NCBI RefSeq assembly: GCF_009914755.1 | Contig: NC_060937.1 | Reading direction: 5' to 3' (one strand) | DNA length: 64,000 nt | From: the human T2T-CHM13v2.0 reference genome, Homo sapiens | In this document: positions 23,433 to 37,909 of the stretch, piece after piece | How the letters are laid out: every line of letters begins with the position of its first letter | How positions within the stretch are numbered: position 1 is the first letter of the stretch | Notes under the pieces: model-generated | Told to the model about the DNA's origin: nothing | Databases searched by the model: none | The model's input: only the letters and a program-made list of their open reading frames with translations | Translations under genes and position numbers: made by a program

Positions 23433-24094
23433 ATGCAAGATCTTTCCTTCTCAATTAAGTCATACAACATTTTCACCTGCAGTATATGGTCCAACTGATC
23501 AATAGAGGATATAACAAAAGATAACAACTTTGCTTTCATTCACTCCTCTCTCAATTATGTGTGTGTTTGTGTGACTAGAAGAATGCACAGCCACATCCAG
23601 CTATCAGAAATCCCTGAGTCAATATCTGAGTGTGCTTTGGCAGATTAATGGCTAAGAGCAGATTTCAAATATTGGCAGAGGGAATCCTTCTCTCTGAAGC
23701 TGTAACTGAACAAGAGCAGAGCAGAACACTTGACACATTGTGACCCCAGTAAACTCACCTCTGACAAAAGCAGGTTCAGGTTGGGGGTGGACTATCCTGC
23801 AAGTCTTCCTCATTTGAGGCCTTGATACTGCTGCAACTGAATACCCTGAAAGCTGTTGCTCGACTTCTCTTTGCTTGACTTCTTCTGATATGCATGGAAC
23901 AATCGACGTGCAAGATTTTACTAAGCGCTTATTCTGTGCCTCAGAATAACTCAATCCCGATGGGAACATAAAGAAAATGAAAGGCCCCACTCCTTAATGG
24001 AACTTTTGGTTAAGTTAGAGGCAGAAAAGTAAGACACATGATCAGTAAACAAACCACAGTAAAATTTTAATACCAAAGCACGAATGTATTAAAT

Positions 24095-24268
24095 ATAGAA
24101 CTTGACAGCTGAAGTTATAAACTTACTTGCAGTCTTAGCTCCGCAGTTACCATGTGATTTGGGGCAATTCTTACTGTATCTGATTCTCAGTGACCTCACC
24201 AGTTAGATGAGGGGATTTGATTATATGGTTTTCTAGGTGTCTTCCTTTCAAGCTTTACAATCTATGAA
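24095..24268 (+). mobile_element. MIR (MIR3-like)
   Basis: TGTGATTTGGGGCAA..CTCAGTGACCTCACCAGTTAGATGAGGGG..TCTAGGT..CTTTCAAGCT..TCTATGA. Confidence 0.6.
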
Positions 24269-25589
24269 ATTAATTCCAATACATCAAAAGAAACAAGTTG
24301 TTCTACTTAATTATTCTGAATTTTCAGTTTTGTTCAGGTTTAGAACCACATATCAACATAAATACTTGAAAAAATACAACATTAAAACAAGTTGGAGGCA
24401 ATATATTCTATATACTTCTCTAAATCTACCACTCAGTTAGAATATTGCAAGCAAGGAGAATTTCTCCAGTAAGGAAATTTCTTTAACTTTGATCAAGTGT
24501 TTTCAAATCATATAATTATGTGTAAGCATTTTTGCTCCATGACATATATATATATATAAAATGTTTGACATGTATGTCATATATACATGCATTTTAAAAT
24601 AATATATTTGATAGCTGTGAAACACACTAAGAAATTCTTATATTTTTATCTCAATCTCATTGATATTATTTCTTAAGTGATAATTTATTATTTTTTTGTT
24701 TCCATTCTTACTCAGGGAATTAGATAGGACCACATCATTGAATATTAACATGGCACGACTGTAAAGGAACTGCCTATACAGCACTTTTAAGGAAGTTTAG
24801 CATTATCCCTGGACAATTATCAAGCAAATAGGTCATCTATTCACACTTAACTAAATAATTTATGACATTTAGTATGATCTGCCTCCAAATGAGAATGTCA
24901 TGTACATATTTTGTCATGTACATAACATGGTGTTGTTATGATCACAAAGTTGGAAGATCTAGATTCAATAAGTGGGATATGTCATCTCACAGAAGGAAAA
25001 ACCTTCATTCATAACATTACTCTGGGAGTACCATGGATAACTTGCAGGTACTAGATAATATAACCAATAATTGGGTTTTTCTATTCTTAAAATCCTCTTT
25101 GGAATGAAGCATTTTTCTCTATTTATGATTCGAAATACCATTTTATATTTTTTATCCCTTGAAATCACATACTCAGAAAATGAAAACTCATATTAAATAA
25201 TTATTTACCCTAAACTTCCTCTAAACTTAGCCCTCAAATAATTAATCTTTACAGTCTGAACAAATATTTTAACCATTTAGTTTCAGTAAAGGGAAATAAA
25301 AAGTCTGTATCCTTTCATTTTAACTAAGAAATGTCTTGATAGATTAAGTGGCTGTACTTATAAATAAATATTAATAAATGGTTATTATGTAGGCTGCAAA
25401 TTGAACTTAAGTCAAAAACCTGAGTTTTCTAAATGGCTCTGAAGGGCATTCTAGAAGGTATACACATAAAATTGACCTCAATGAATATACAATAGTTTCA
25501 GTATTCTAACTCTTATGTTTGGCTTTAACAAATTGAACTAATACAGCCATCCAGCATTTTAAAGTAATAACCTAAGTTACTAGTTGCTA

Positions 25590-25822
25590 TAAAAACTTGG
25601 AGGTTGCAGTCAAATTGCTTGGATTAAACTTTCTAGCATCACTACTTATTTGATATATGCAGTTGAGAAATTAACTTTCTCTTTGTCTTAGTTACCTCAC
25701 CTATGCTATAGGATTATTAATAGCACCAAGCTGATAGAATTTTTGTGAAGATAAAATTATTTAGTGCATTCAAAATGCTGAATGTTTAACATATGTTAGA
25801 CATAATTATTATTATTAGCAAT
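25590..25822 (+). mobile_element. MIR SINE
   Basis: TTAACTTTCTCTTTGTCTTAGTTACCTCACCT ... TTTGTGAAGATAAAAT. Confidence 0.6.
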
Positions 25823-26683
25823 AACTGTTGATATTATTTTCCACCAGTATCAGTTATGAGTGAACATAGAGGCTGAAAGTAAAAAATTAATTTGCACATT
25901 AATACCTAGAGTTTCTAATCATAGCAGAGCCAGAGGTTGCACTATTCTCCTTAATGTAATATCCTTGTTTGTAATGGGATAGCTAAAGACTTACACCTGC
26001 TTTCAAGAATTACTATAAATCTACATTAATCTAGCTAGTGTGGTATTGGTATAAGGACATATACAAATCAACTCAAGAAAAAAGAGTATCAATAGGCGTA
26101 TATGCACATATATGTATTTAACTGATTTTTCACAAAATTACCAGGGTGATGCAATGTAGAAAGCACAGTCTTTTCAGCAAATTGTGCAGGAACAGCTGGA
26201 TATCCATATGCAAAAGAAGTGAACTTTGACTCTTACCTCAAACTATAACTTCAAATAGACCATGGACGTAAACATAGAAGCTAAAACTATAAAATTTTAG
26301 AAGAACGTATAAAATAAAATTTATGTGACTTTGGAAAATTAATGATTTTTTCAGACAAGACACAAAAAAATGCTAAAAAAAAAAAAAAAAAAGATACGTT
26401 GGGCCTAACTAAATTAAAACCTTCTCTTCTAGGGAAAGATAAAATAGGAGACAAAAGAGCAAGGGCAAGATAAAATGGAGAAAATATTTGCAATGCAAAT
26501 ATATGACAAGTAGTAGTATTTAGAATGCATAAAGAATAACTCAAAATTATAAGATGACCCAATAAAATGGGCAAAGCTTTGAACAGGCATTTAACAAAAG
26601 AAGACATACAAATGGCTAACATGCCTATGAAGACACTCAACATTGTTAATTATCAGGGAGGACCAATTAAATTAACAATGAGA

Positions 26684-27073
26684 GCCAGGTGTGGTGGCTC
26701 AAGCCTGTAATCCTAATACCTTGGGAAGCAGAGGTAGAAGGATCATTTGAGCCCAGGAGATTGAGACCAGCCTGGGCAACACAGGGAGACCCCATCTTGA
26801 AAGAAGAAGGGAGAGGAGAGGAGGGGAGAGGAGAGAAGAGGAGAGAGAGAAGGAAGGAAGGGAGGAAGGGAGGCAGGGAGGGAAAGAAGGAAGGAAGGAA
26901 GGAAGGAAGGAAGGAAGGATGGAAGGAAGGAAGGGAGGGAGGGAGGGAGGGAGGGAGGGAAGAAAGAAAGAGAGAGAGAAAGAAACAGAAAGAAAAGAAA
27001 AAAAGAAGGAAGCAAGGAAAGAAGGAAAGAAAGACAGAAAGAAAGAGAAAGAAAGAAAGAGAGAGAGAAAGAG

Positions 27074-27140
<67 letters not shown>

Positions 27141-27347
27141 AAAAGAAAAGAAAGAAAGAAAAGCAAAGCATTAGCCAGGCATGGTGGTGCACACCTGTAA
27201 TCCCAGTTACTTGAGAGGCTGAGGTGGGAAGACTGCTTGACCCTAGGAGATGGAAGTTGTAGTGAGCTATGATTGACCAACTGCACTTCAGCCTGGATGA
27301 CAGAGTGAGACTTTGTTTCAAAAGAAAAAAAATAACATAAAATAAAA
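26684..27347 (+). mobile_element. AluJ-like SINE with expanded middle linker
   Basis: Left arm 26684-26798, right arm about 27170-27320, A-rich tail. TSD TAACAATGAGA at 26673-26683 and 27348-27358. Confidence 0.95.
26799..27165. repeat. Compound purine microsatellite including (GGAA)7, (GGGA)7, (GAAA)17
   Basis: Manual counts: GGAA x7 at 26889-26916, GGGA x7 at 26933-26960, GAAA x17 at 27075-27142. Confidence 0.97.
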
Positions 27348-28785
27348 TAACAATGAGATAGATATTATTTCACTCCCACTAGAATGGCTAAGAAAATAAA
27401 AGACTGACAATACCAAATGTCGGTGAAAATGTAGAGCAATTAGTGGTATTGTAAAATGATGTAACTACTTTTGCAGATAGTTAGGTTATTTCTTATAAAT
27501 TTAAGCATTGTTTACAGTATGGCCCAGCACTTTCATTTTTAGGTCTTTACACAAAAACAGAAAATACTTGTCTATACCAGGAATGCTCAAAACAACTTTA
27601 CTGGTGAGTCAAAACAAGAAATAAAACAAATGTCCATCAAATGGTTATTGATAAACACATTATATTATATATTATATTTATTTAATGAAATACTATTCAC
27701 CAAAACAAAAGAATAAACTACTGATAAATACAAAATCATGGATGAATTCCCAAAACATGCTGAGTGAAAGAAGCTAGACAGAACGATATGCACATGTATG
27801 GTTCTATATATTGAAATTGTGTAACAGGTAAATCTATAGTAAAAGAAATCAAATCAGTGGTTGCTTTGGACATGCGTAGAAGGTGGTGTGTGATTACCTG
27901 CAAAGAACTATGAGGGGATTTTCTGCAGAAATATTTAATATCATGATTAGGATGATAATGGTTTATACATTTGGAGAAAAGAGTCATTAAACTGTACACT
28001 CAAAGTATTACATTTAATTAGAAGAAAAATTCAACACTTAATTTATCACAATAAAATGGATTTTTTAAGTCAGTGTGTCTTTAGAATTCTTGAATTGATT
28101 TTGGGTGAGAAAACCATTAATTCACATTAGTTTCCCAACCTAGCAAAAATAGGAATCAATGAGGTTTCTTTGACTGTTCTTGTTCCAATGCTGTTGTTAA
28201 ATCCCCACCTTGAATCTGAGACTGTGCCTACATTTGGTAGATTAATACGACAGTCAAATAGAAACCAAACAGGCTAAACCAGTCATGATGGACATGCAAA
28301 ATCAATTAGTTGCCCTGGTTGCATATGTTTTTCACTAAAAATAAGAATATTTATATAACAAGTAAAGATGCATTGAATAATGTAACAAAGTTATAGTATT
28401 CTTGAATTGTAATAATACTTAATGCCATTTGAAATTATGTTTTAGGTGTTGTATTAGTTACTTCTACTTTACATAGGAAAATACTCAAAATAAATCTCCA
28501 GAAATCTCCTCTATTTTACCATGGGATGAACAAACATAGTCCTAAACCTAATTATAAAACTCAGAAACAGCCCTTCTTTTCATTTTTATGATCCAAAAAT
28601 CAAGTGCACCATAATAAAAGCATACACATTCAGTTTGATCAAGTAGCATGGGTGTATCCTTGATAAAGGTGAAGAGAACATTTACACACATGCACAGACA
28701 TATGCACACACATACATCCACACTACCATGACTTACCCAGACAGCAACTAAGAAACCTCTTTATATATTGTAACTAAGAGCTTGA

Positions 28786-29126
<341 letters not shown>

Positions 29127-29739
29127 AGTTGTATTATTAATGATAGCATTTTGACTGCTTTTCTTAGTGAATACTTAACAAATATTCCTCTTTTCTAACC
29201 TGCAGAAATTTCCTGATAGAAGCCTATGTGCTGATGTTAGTGTGACAGACTATATATAAAAATTAAAAATTATTATTCAGACAATATAAAAATTATAATG
29301 ATGACATAAGATTCTCTTAAGTGACATTTTAAGTTGTATGTTTTATAAATGAACTGCAAGTATCGTGGGAAAGGGGTATTCTAGGGTTTCTCAATGAATT
29401 TTCTATAAGAAACTTTCAGAAGCTAGTTATCTAAACCATCCTTACCCTACATGCTGGTTCAGCTGGAAATGTTGATCATATTTCTATTTGTCAGAAATGG
29501 GAAGCACAAAGACCATAAAATTTCTGCTATAAAGATGATTTATTAAATGTTAAACATTCTTCTTTTCATTACTATGCATTTATTTGGGGGAAGCAATGCT
29601 TGAACGGGAGGAGAAACCATATGACAACTAGCAATTTGTGAACAAGAAAAAGGGCCTGCTTCACTGATCCATAGCATGAACAGTCCTGGAGCCATAACAA
29701 GCACACAGAAAAAACAATACCGACCTCCATCTTCAGGTT

Positions 29740-29888
29740 ATACACTCACAGGATCACACACTCACTCTCACACAACACTCACAGAAACAACACACAAGCA
29801 CCAAGGAAGCAATACAAATGCAACACACACAAGCAACACTCATATGTGCAGTTCACGTGCACATACCCACATGCACAAGCACACACAA
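29740..29888. repeat. Degenerate CA-rich low-complexity tract
   Basis: Interrupted CACA/CTCA runs. Confidence 0.75.
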
Positions 29889-30429
29889 TGGGCCATCATA
29901 ATCTACATATCCATGGCAAACAGCAAGTGTTCAAGACTTAGTACTTTAAGAAATGAATTGATTAAAGGGAAAAATGAAGAAGACGAAGCTGTATAGTTAT
30001 GGATATTGCAAACATTGCCCTGCTCCTCACAAAGTTATTTTCCTTTTAGATTGAAATATATCACAAGACTGAACAACTGACAAGTTCCTTTCCTAATGAT
30101 AATAAATAATGTAATACATAGCGCATGCAGTTAATCTTTATGTTCCTTATTGTATCCTCAGGCTTATCATAGTGTGTGGGCCACAATAAGTTCAAGAGGT
30201 ACTTGCTACATGAATAAATTAATGAATGAATACACTGATTGAATGAAATAATGAAAAATTGCATATCATTTTGTGGTCCTGAACAGAAGCATCATATAAA
30301 TACTATTTCTATAAAGAGACATGAATGCTATCTCTATTCTAGGTAATAGAGAATCAGAGAACATATAGTTTAGCCACTGTGCCAAATCTTTCCCCCCAAA
30401 TAGTTGGGTTTTACCTAATTAATTAAAAA

Positions 30430-30990
30430 TAGCTGTTATTTTTATTCCTTTAAAATATCTCTCAATTTTGCCAACTATTTCCTCTCCTACTCTAGTGAAG
30501 AGTCTTATTATTCCATACCATTAAAAGTTTGCTCAGGGGTCTCCTCATCTCTGGATTTTATCAAGTTTGAATCCTCATCTTGCATAAAAGTGCCAGGCTA
30601 GCCTTCTGAAGGCAAGGATTTGGACAATTTACTACCCTGCTCAAGCAGCGTCAATTTCCCAACTCCTGTATCAGAATAATTTCCAGACTCCTTATCTTTC
30701 TATTCAGGCTCCCTCTAGGTGTGGGCGCACACTATCTTTCCAGGTCATCCACCTCTACATTTCTCTTGGTTACCCTAAGCAAGTCTACTTACTATCCCTG
30801 TAGCACACATTGCACTTTTCCATTTGAACATTTCTGCTCACATTGATTCCCTCTCTAAACTGCTGTTCTCTATGCTCCATTCCTTCCCCTCATCTCATCA
30901 AGCTCCAGCACATAGCATGTTTATGCTGCAAAGACTTCCGTGATGAGACGTGAAAATAATCTTCCTTTCTTCTGAGCAACCATAGATCCA
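30430..30990 (+). mobile_element. Probable L2 remnant
   Basis: Pyrimidine-rich L2-like phrases (ACTACCCTGCTCAAGC, AGAATAATTTCCAGACTCCTT). Very diverged. Confidence 0.45.
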
Positions 30991-31486
30991 ATGATCTCTA
31001 ACTCATTTCCTAAAATATATTCACAGTATAATACTACTTTTATGAGGTAACAAATATTACTAGTAAATGTCTAATTATGTTTGGAAACACTGGCAGAAAT
31101 TCATTGAAAAAGTTTCATTTCAACAGTGCTTCCAGCAGGGTTAGATAGAATGGAGCATGGATCAGAGAACCCATGTTGTACAAAGCATCTAATGGAACTG
31201 GCATTCTGACAAACACATTGTGGAAAAACACTTGACTATGACAGTTTTATAACATGTATCTGTGGCCCAAATTATCCTTTTGTTTTTTACCTTATAGGCA
31301 TTTTAATTTTGTAGCTGAACATTTTCCCTTCCCTGCATTTTTTTTCATTTTTAGCTTGCCATTATTGTTGCAACCTTATTCCTAATACCACATTATTATT
31401 TTACTTTTATTTCCTACTATGTCATGCTTGCTACATATTTTCAATTTATTTTATCTTGGTATATGCCCTAAGTTACTTTAAACTAC

Positions 31487-31988
31487 TGAATTAATTTCCT
31501 ATTGCTGCTGTTACTTAGAACAGACTTGCTGGCCTAAGACAACACAAATTTATGACCTTATCATTCTGGAGGACAGAAATCTGAAATGGGTCTCACAGGA
31601 CTAATATGAAGGTGTCAGCAGTGTATATATATTTTTTCTGATGATTCCATGGGAGAATCCATCCTCTTGCTTTTTTCTAGCTTCCAAAAGGTGCCCTCAT
31701 TCCTTGGCAACTAGCCCCTTGCCATTTCCAAAGCCAGTAATGATTAGTCCAATCTTTCTCACTCTGACTCTGGCTCTTCTGCCCCTCCCCTTTCACTTTA
31801 TAAGGGCCCCGTGATTATATTAGTGCCATCAGGCAATCCAGGATGATTACCCTATCTCAAGATCAGATGATTAGAAAACTTAATTCTATCTGCAGCTTTA
31901 ATTCCCCTTTGCCTTGCAACATAACCTATTCACTGGTTCTGGGAATTTGGATGTAGACATCTTTGGAGGCCCATTAATCTGCCCACAG
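31487..31988 (-). mobile_element. MLT1D-like MaLR solo LTR
   Basis: TTTCCTATTGCTGCTGT..ACAACACAAATTTAT..TTCTGGAGG.CAGAA.TCTGAAATGGGTCTCAC ... GACATCTTTGGAGGCCCATT..TCTGCC. Confidence 0.88.
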
Positions 31989-32044
31989 CAGATACTTAAA
32001 ACTATTTTGGACTAATGTGTCATATACAAATGTATAAAATATAA

Positions 32045-32476
<432 letters not shown>

Positions 32477-33128
32477 TAAATGACAGCCAACCTACAAGCA
32501 AATAAATGCACATATTTACAAACAATGGTATTACAAAATGCTTTGATAATATGCCATATAATATTTTTCTATGCGCAGGTTTTCTTTTCTGTTTAATACA
32601 ATTTTCATATACACTTGAGGTAAACACTTTATGCAGTGCTTATCAGTTCTAGCACTCACAATCTAAAGACAAATGCATGTACTAAAGCTACACTTCTAGA
32701 ATATCTAGAAACCCAGAGAGCAAGGATAGTTGCTAGAGAAAAGAAAATTCCTAAAGATTTTAGTGTGACATGGGAAGAATGTATAATATATAAATGTGAC
32801 ATTAGTATATAGCATATAATAAAAGTGCTACTGTTATTTAGTGTTGGAACTTCAAATATTTAGAAATTTGATTTTAATTAAAAATAGCAGGATTAGAATA
32901 CCTTAGATGCCTACTATTGTTTTCTAATCCTTTGTAGCAATTTGAATAAAGCACAATAAACATATCTCATGACTCAAGATTTATATTTGCCGATGTTATT
33001 TGAAAAAATCTATAATATAAATAATAATAAAAGAATGAAACCCTGTATTTTCTGTTTTTATAACTGACTGTAAAACTCCATGGCAGGAATTCAGAGTGGG
33101 AGAATGTGAAATAATAGATTCCTGTAGA

Positions 33129-33296
33129 GTAGTGTTCTCAAAAGTGGCTGTCATTAGAATCTATGAGGACTTTAAAAAAGCTCAACGCCTAGGTCACATC
33201 TCAAAGGAATTAAATCAGAATCAGATTCCAGGGCATACCTTGCACTAATGAAATCAGACTCAGTTTCCAATTAGCTGGCAGAATCAAGAACTACTA
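33129..33296. mobile_element. MER5-like hAT MITE
   Basis: AGTGTTCTCAAA..CATTAGAATC..ATTAAATCAGAATC...AGAACTACT. Confidence 0.6.
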
Positions 33297-33786
33297 ACTT
33301 AGAGACACATTAGAATTCCAGCAGCAGTGACAATATATGAAATCTGTGGACAAATCTTCAACTACTAATTTATTTTCTACATTTACTCAAATAGAATTGC
33401 TAGAAGTTTAAAAACTAACCCCATAGGTGACAGAGATTAATTTCTTCTTCACCCTTCTTTAATTTTTTGAATCTTCTTATCTTTACTACAGAATCATGCC
33501 TGAAGGTTCCATTTCAAAATTCAACAATTGATTTAACACGTTCTTACAATTTAGCAAGGTAATCGGAAGATCTTAATTTACTAGTGTGTCTGTAAACAGC
33601 TGTATTGGGGATTGAATAGCTAAATTTCAAAATCCAAGGAAGAGAGCAAGTAGAAAATTTTAATCACAGACATTGACATTTCTACCTAACTTTTGTTGAG
33701 AACTCACATTGTGCATCACTCAATTTTATAAGGTGGGAATTATTACTATTATTTTTTTCATTGTATGTATTTATTTTAGGAGATGG

Positions 33787-36045
33787 TGATATGGTTTGGC
33801 TGTGTCCCCACCCAAATCTCATCTTGAATTGTAGCTCCCAGAATCCCCACATGCAGTGGGAGGGACCTTGTGGGAGGTAAATGAATCATGGGGATGGATT
33901 TTTCCCACACAGTCCTTGTGATAGTAAATAAGTCTCATGAGATCTGATGGTGTGATAAAGGGAAGATCCCCTGCACACTGTCTCTTTTGCCAGATGCCAC
34001 GTAAGACATGAGTTTGCTTATCATTTCCCTTCCACCATGATTGGAACATGAGGCCCCAGACATGTGGAACTATGAGTCAAGTAAACCTCTTTCCTCTATA
34101 AATTACCCAGTCTCAGGAATGTCTTTATTAGCAGCATGAGAACAAATTAATACAGTAAATTGGTACCAGGCACTGGGGTGCTGCTGTAAAGATAACCAAA
34201 AATGTAGAAGTAACTTTGAAACTGGGTAACAGACAGAGGTTGAAACAGTTAGGAAGGCTGAGAAAAAGATTGGATATGGGTCAGAAGACAAGAAGATGTG
34301 GGAAATTTCAGAACTTCCTAAAGACTTGTTGAATGGCTTTGACTAAATGCTGATAGTGATATGAAAATAAAGTACAGGTTGAGGTGGTCTCAGATGGAGA
34401 TGAGAAACTTGTTGGGAACTGGATCAACGTTCACTCTTGTTATGCAAAGGGACTGGTGGTATTTTGCCACTGCCCTAGAAATCTGTGAAACTTTGAACTT
34501 AAGAGAGATGACTTAGAGTATCTGGCAGAAGAAATTTCTAAGCAACAAAGAATTCAAGAGGAACCAGAGCATAAAAGTTTGAAAAATTTGCAGCCTGATG
34601 ATGCAGTAGAAAAGAAAAACCCATTTTCTGGGGAAAAATTCAAGCCAACAGTTGAAATTTGCAAAAGTAACAAGGACCAGAATGTTAATCACCAATAAAA
34701 TGGGAAAAAATGTCTCCAGGGCATGTTACAGACCTTCACAACAGCCCCTCCCATCACAGGCCCAAAGGCCAAGGAGGGAAAAGTGGTTTCATGTGTAGGG
34801 TTCAGGGCCCCCCTGCTGTGTGCAGCGTAAGGACTGGGGCTCTAGCAATGGCTAAAGGGGGCCAAGGTGCAACTCAGGCCATGGCTTCAGAGAGTGCAAG
34901 CCCCAAGTCTTGACAGCTTCCATGTGGTGTTGAGCCTGCAGCTACACAGAAGTCAAGAATTGAGGTTTGGGAACCTGTATCTGGATTTCAGAGGATGTAT
35001 GCAAATGTCTGGATGTTCAGGCAGTTTTCTGCATGGGTAAAGCCCTCATGAAAAACCTCTGCTAGGGCAGTGTGGAAGGGAAATGTGTGGTGGGAGCCCA
35101 CACACAGAGTCCTACTGGGGCACTCCCTATTGGAGCTGCGAGGGGAGGCCACCATCCTCCAGCCCCCAGAATGGTAGATCTGCCGCCAGCTTGCAATGTG
35201 CATCTGGAAAAGCCACACACTCAATGCCAGCCCATGAAAGCAGACAGGAAGGCGGCTGTACCCTGCAAAGCCACAGATCTGGAGCTGTTCAAGACCATGG
35301 AAATCCACCTCTTGCATCAGCATGCCCTGGATATGAGACATGAGGCCAAAGGAGATCATTTTGGAGCTTTAAGATTTGACTGTCCTTTCGGATTTTGGAT
35401 TTGCATGGGTCTGTAGCCCCTTTGTTTCGGCCAAATTCTCCTACATGGAATGGGTATATTTACCCAATGTCTATACCCCCATTGTATCTAGGAAGTAACT
35501 AACTTGCTTTTGATTTTATAGGCTTATAGGTGGAATAGACTTGTCTTATTTCATATGAGACTTTGGACTGTGAACTTTTGAGTTAATGCTAAAATGAGTT
35601 AAGATTTTGGGGGACTGTTTTGAAAGCATTATTGGTTTTGAAATGTGATGATGTGAGATTTGGGAGGGGCCAGAGGTGGAATGATAAGGTTTGTCTGTGT
35701 CCTCACCCAAATCTCATCTTGAATTGTAGCTCCCATAATCTCCACATGTAGTGGAAGGGACCTTGTGGGAGGTAATTGAATCATGAGGGCAGGTTTTTCC
35801 CATGCTGGTCTCGTGATAGTGAATAAGTCTCACAAGACCTGATGGTTTAATAAAGGGAGTCCCCTGCACACACTCTCTTTTGCCTGTTTCCATGCAAGAC
35901 ATGAGTTTGCTTCTCATTCCCCTTCCAATATGATTGTGAGGCCTCTCCAGTCATATGAAACTGTGAATCAATTAAACCTCTTTCCTTTATAAACTACTCA
36001 GTCTTGGGAATGTTTTCATTAGCAGAATGAGAATCGACTAATACA
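33787..36045 (+). mobile_element. Complete THE1 (THE1B/C-like) MaLR element: 5' LTR 33787-34154, internal 34155-35681, 3' LTR 35682-36045
   Basis: Two homologous LTRs TGATA...TAATACA, PPT before the 3' LTR, perfect 5-bp TSD GATGG (33782-33786, 36046-36050). Internal ORF disrupted. Confidence 0.97.
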
Positions 36046-36170
36046 GATGGGTAAAGTGAAGTAAAGAAAATATAAGACTAAGCATAGGTAATACAGCTTC
36101 CAAATCTAATTAGGATCATGAACTAACGCAATCTGGATCCAGAGCTTGCACTCTTAACTGCTCTTCTACA
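36046..36170 (-). mobile_element. MIR fragment (other part at about 33700-33786), split by THE1
   Basis: Joined flanks read TTTTAGGAGATGG|GTAAAGTGAAG...TCTGGATCCAGAGCTTGCACTCTTAAC, which resembles reverse MIR. Confidence 0.65.
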
Positions 36171-37552
36171 GAAAAATGTAGAATATGACAATATAACCAA
36201 GCATTTTTGAGCAGGAACAGAGACGCTCTCAGGTAGTAGTTTACCTAAATGCTGTTCTCTTTCTGCTAAAAATTAAAAGAGCTTTTCACCAGACCTGCAG
36301 AGGAACACAGTATTCCCCAAACATTAAGAAGCAGCTGCAGGAAGCATTTTGTAAACATACGGTATTTGTATAATTAATGTTTAAGTAGAGAATTAGCTTA
36401 CAGTTACAGAATTCCAGTTAGAAAACCTGAAATTTTTAGAGCTGAACTCATAATGCCCTTTTTTCTCTCCAAAACCACCTATCCCAATTGTATCTTGCCC
36501 AATGAATAGCAACTAAAAAACTGGTTGTTCAATTTATCTTCTGGAAAATAACCTTGAAAAGTGCTTTGTTTTCACCTAGCTCCCCACATTCCATCCCTTA
36601 GGTGTATCTCCTACTTCCGTTGCCACCACAGAGGCTTAGAACCTGCAACACTGTGATAGCTGTCTGATTACTCCCTTAGTCTAGCCTGTCTACCATTTTC
36701 CTGACAGATGACCCTTCTTAAAATAGAAATCTAAGCATGCCTTTCCTTTGCTTAAAATACTTCTTAAATTTTAGACTGAAATACTACAATTACCTTTGAG
36801 ATAAATTCCAATCTTTTAAACTACACTTCAAAATGTTTTTATAATTTAGCCTCTACCTAAATCTCCAATCTCATTTTTCATTTTAATTATAATGCTGGAG
36901 CCAAATACCTGCACTTCTTTACTTTTGAGATGTATGTATGTGCTTCCCATCATCACAGAATCTTAGAAACTTTTATTTATCCTGGGTATATCCTATTTTC
37001 TTTTTGAGAATTCACGCAAGTATTACTTCTTTTAGGAATATCTTACTGCAATTTCCAGCTACAATGTAATACAATTTTTTTTCCTGTTTGACAGCAAATT
37101 CTAAGTTAACTGCCATAAATGGCAATATTCAGAAAAGAAGCAATTATGATTATATTCAAAAGAACTGAATAGTGCCAGTACTTTTATCATAAGTTTAGAA
37201 GATTTTAGAAGATCAGTTAGGAAATAGTCTAGTCTAAATTTTTTCTGCCATTCATTCTCCATGTTTGTTATGTTTTCTTCTTAAATTTTCATGAATAAAG
37301 TAAATATTGTTTTATTCAATATCACTATGTCATTTAAATACAATTTTTAGAACATGATAATGCAATTATCTATTTACCATGGTAATAACATTGATAACAT
37401 GATATGGGCCCAGATATTGACTATGTCATTTATAATTTTAATAGTTAAATTTTACAAAGCAAGGAGAACAAGAGTGAAATAAGAATATTGCTTGAAAAGT
37501 TTATATATAGATACCAGAATCATATGTAATTCAATAAATAATTCAGACATAA

Positions 37553-37909
<357 letters not shown>

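Larger units (their letters stand above)
25985..28050 (+). mobile_element. Ancient LINE-1 (L1ME-like) ORF2 3' part and 3' UTR, interrupted by an Alu
   Basis: GTGTGGTATTGG, CAGTCTTTTCAGCAAAT..GGAACAGCTGGATATCCATATGCAAAA, CCCACTAGAATGGCTAA, ATGCTGAGTGAAAGAAGC, AAATCAGTGGTTGC. Confidence 0.88.

Noticed and set aside
26689-27321. Long ORFs (161-195 aa) rich in K/E/R or F/L/S
   Set aside because: They are translations of the stop-free purine microsatellite plus Alu arms. The same applies to the ORFs at 8939-9270.
34155-35681. THE1 internal ORF as a domesticated gene
   Set aside because: Broken into short fragments in different frames. The same holds for 19677-20520.
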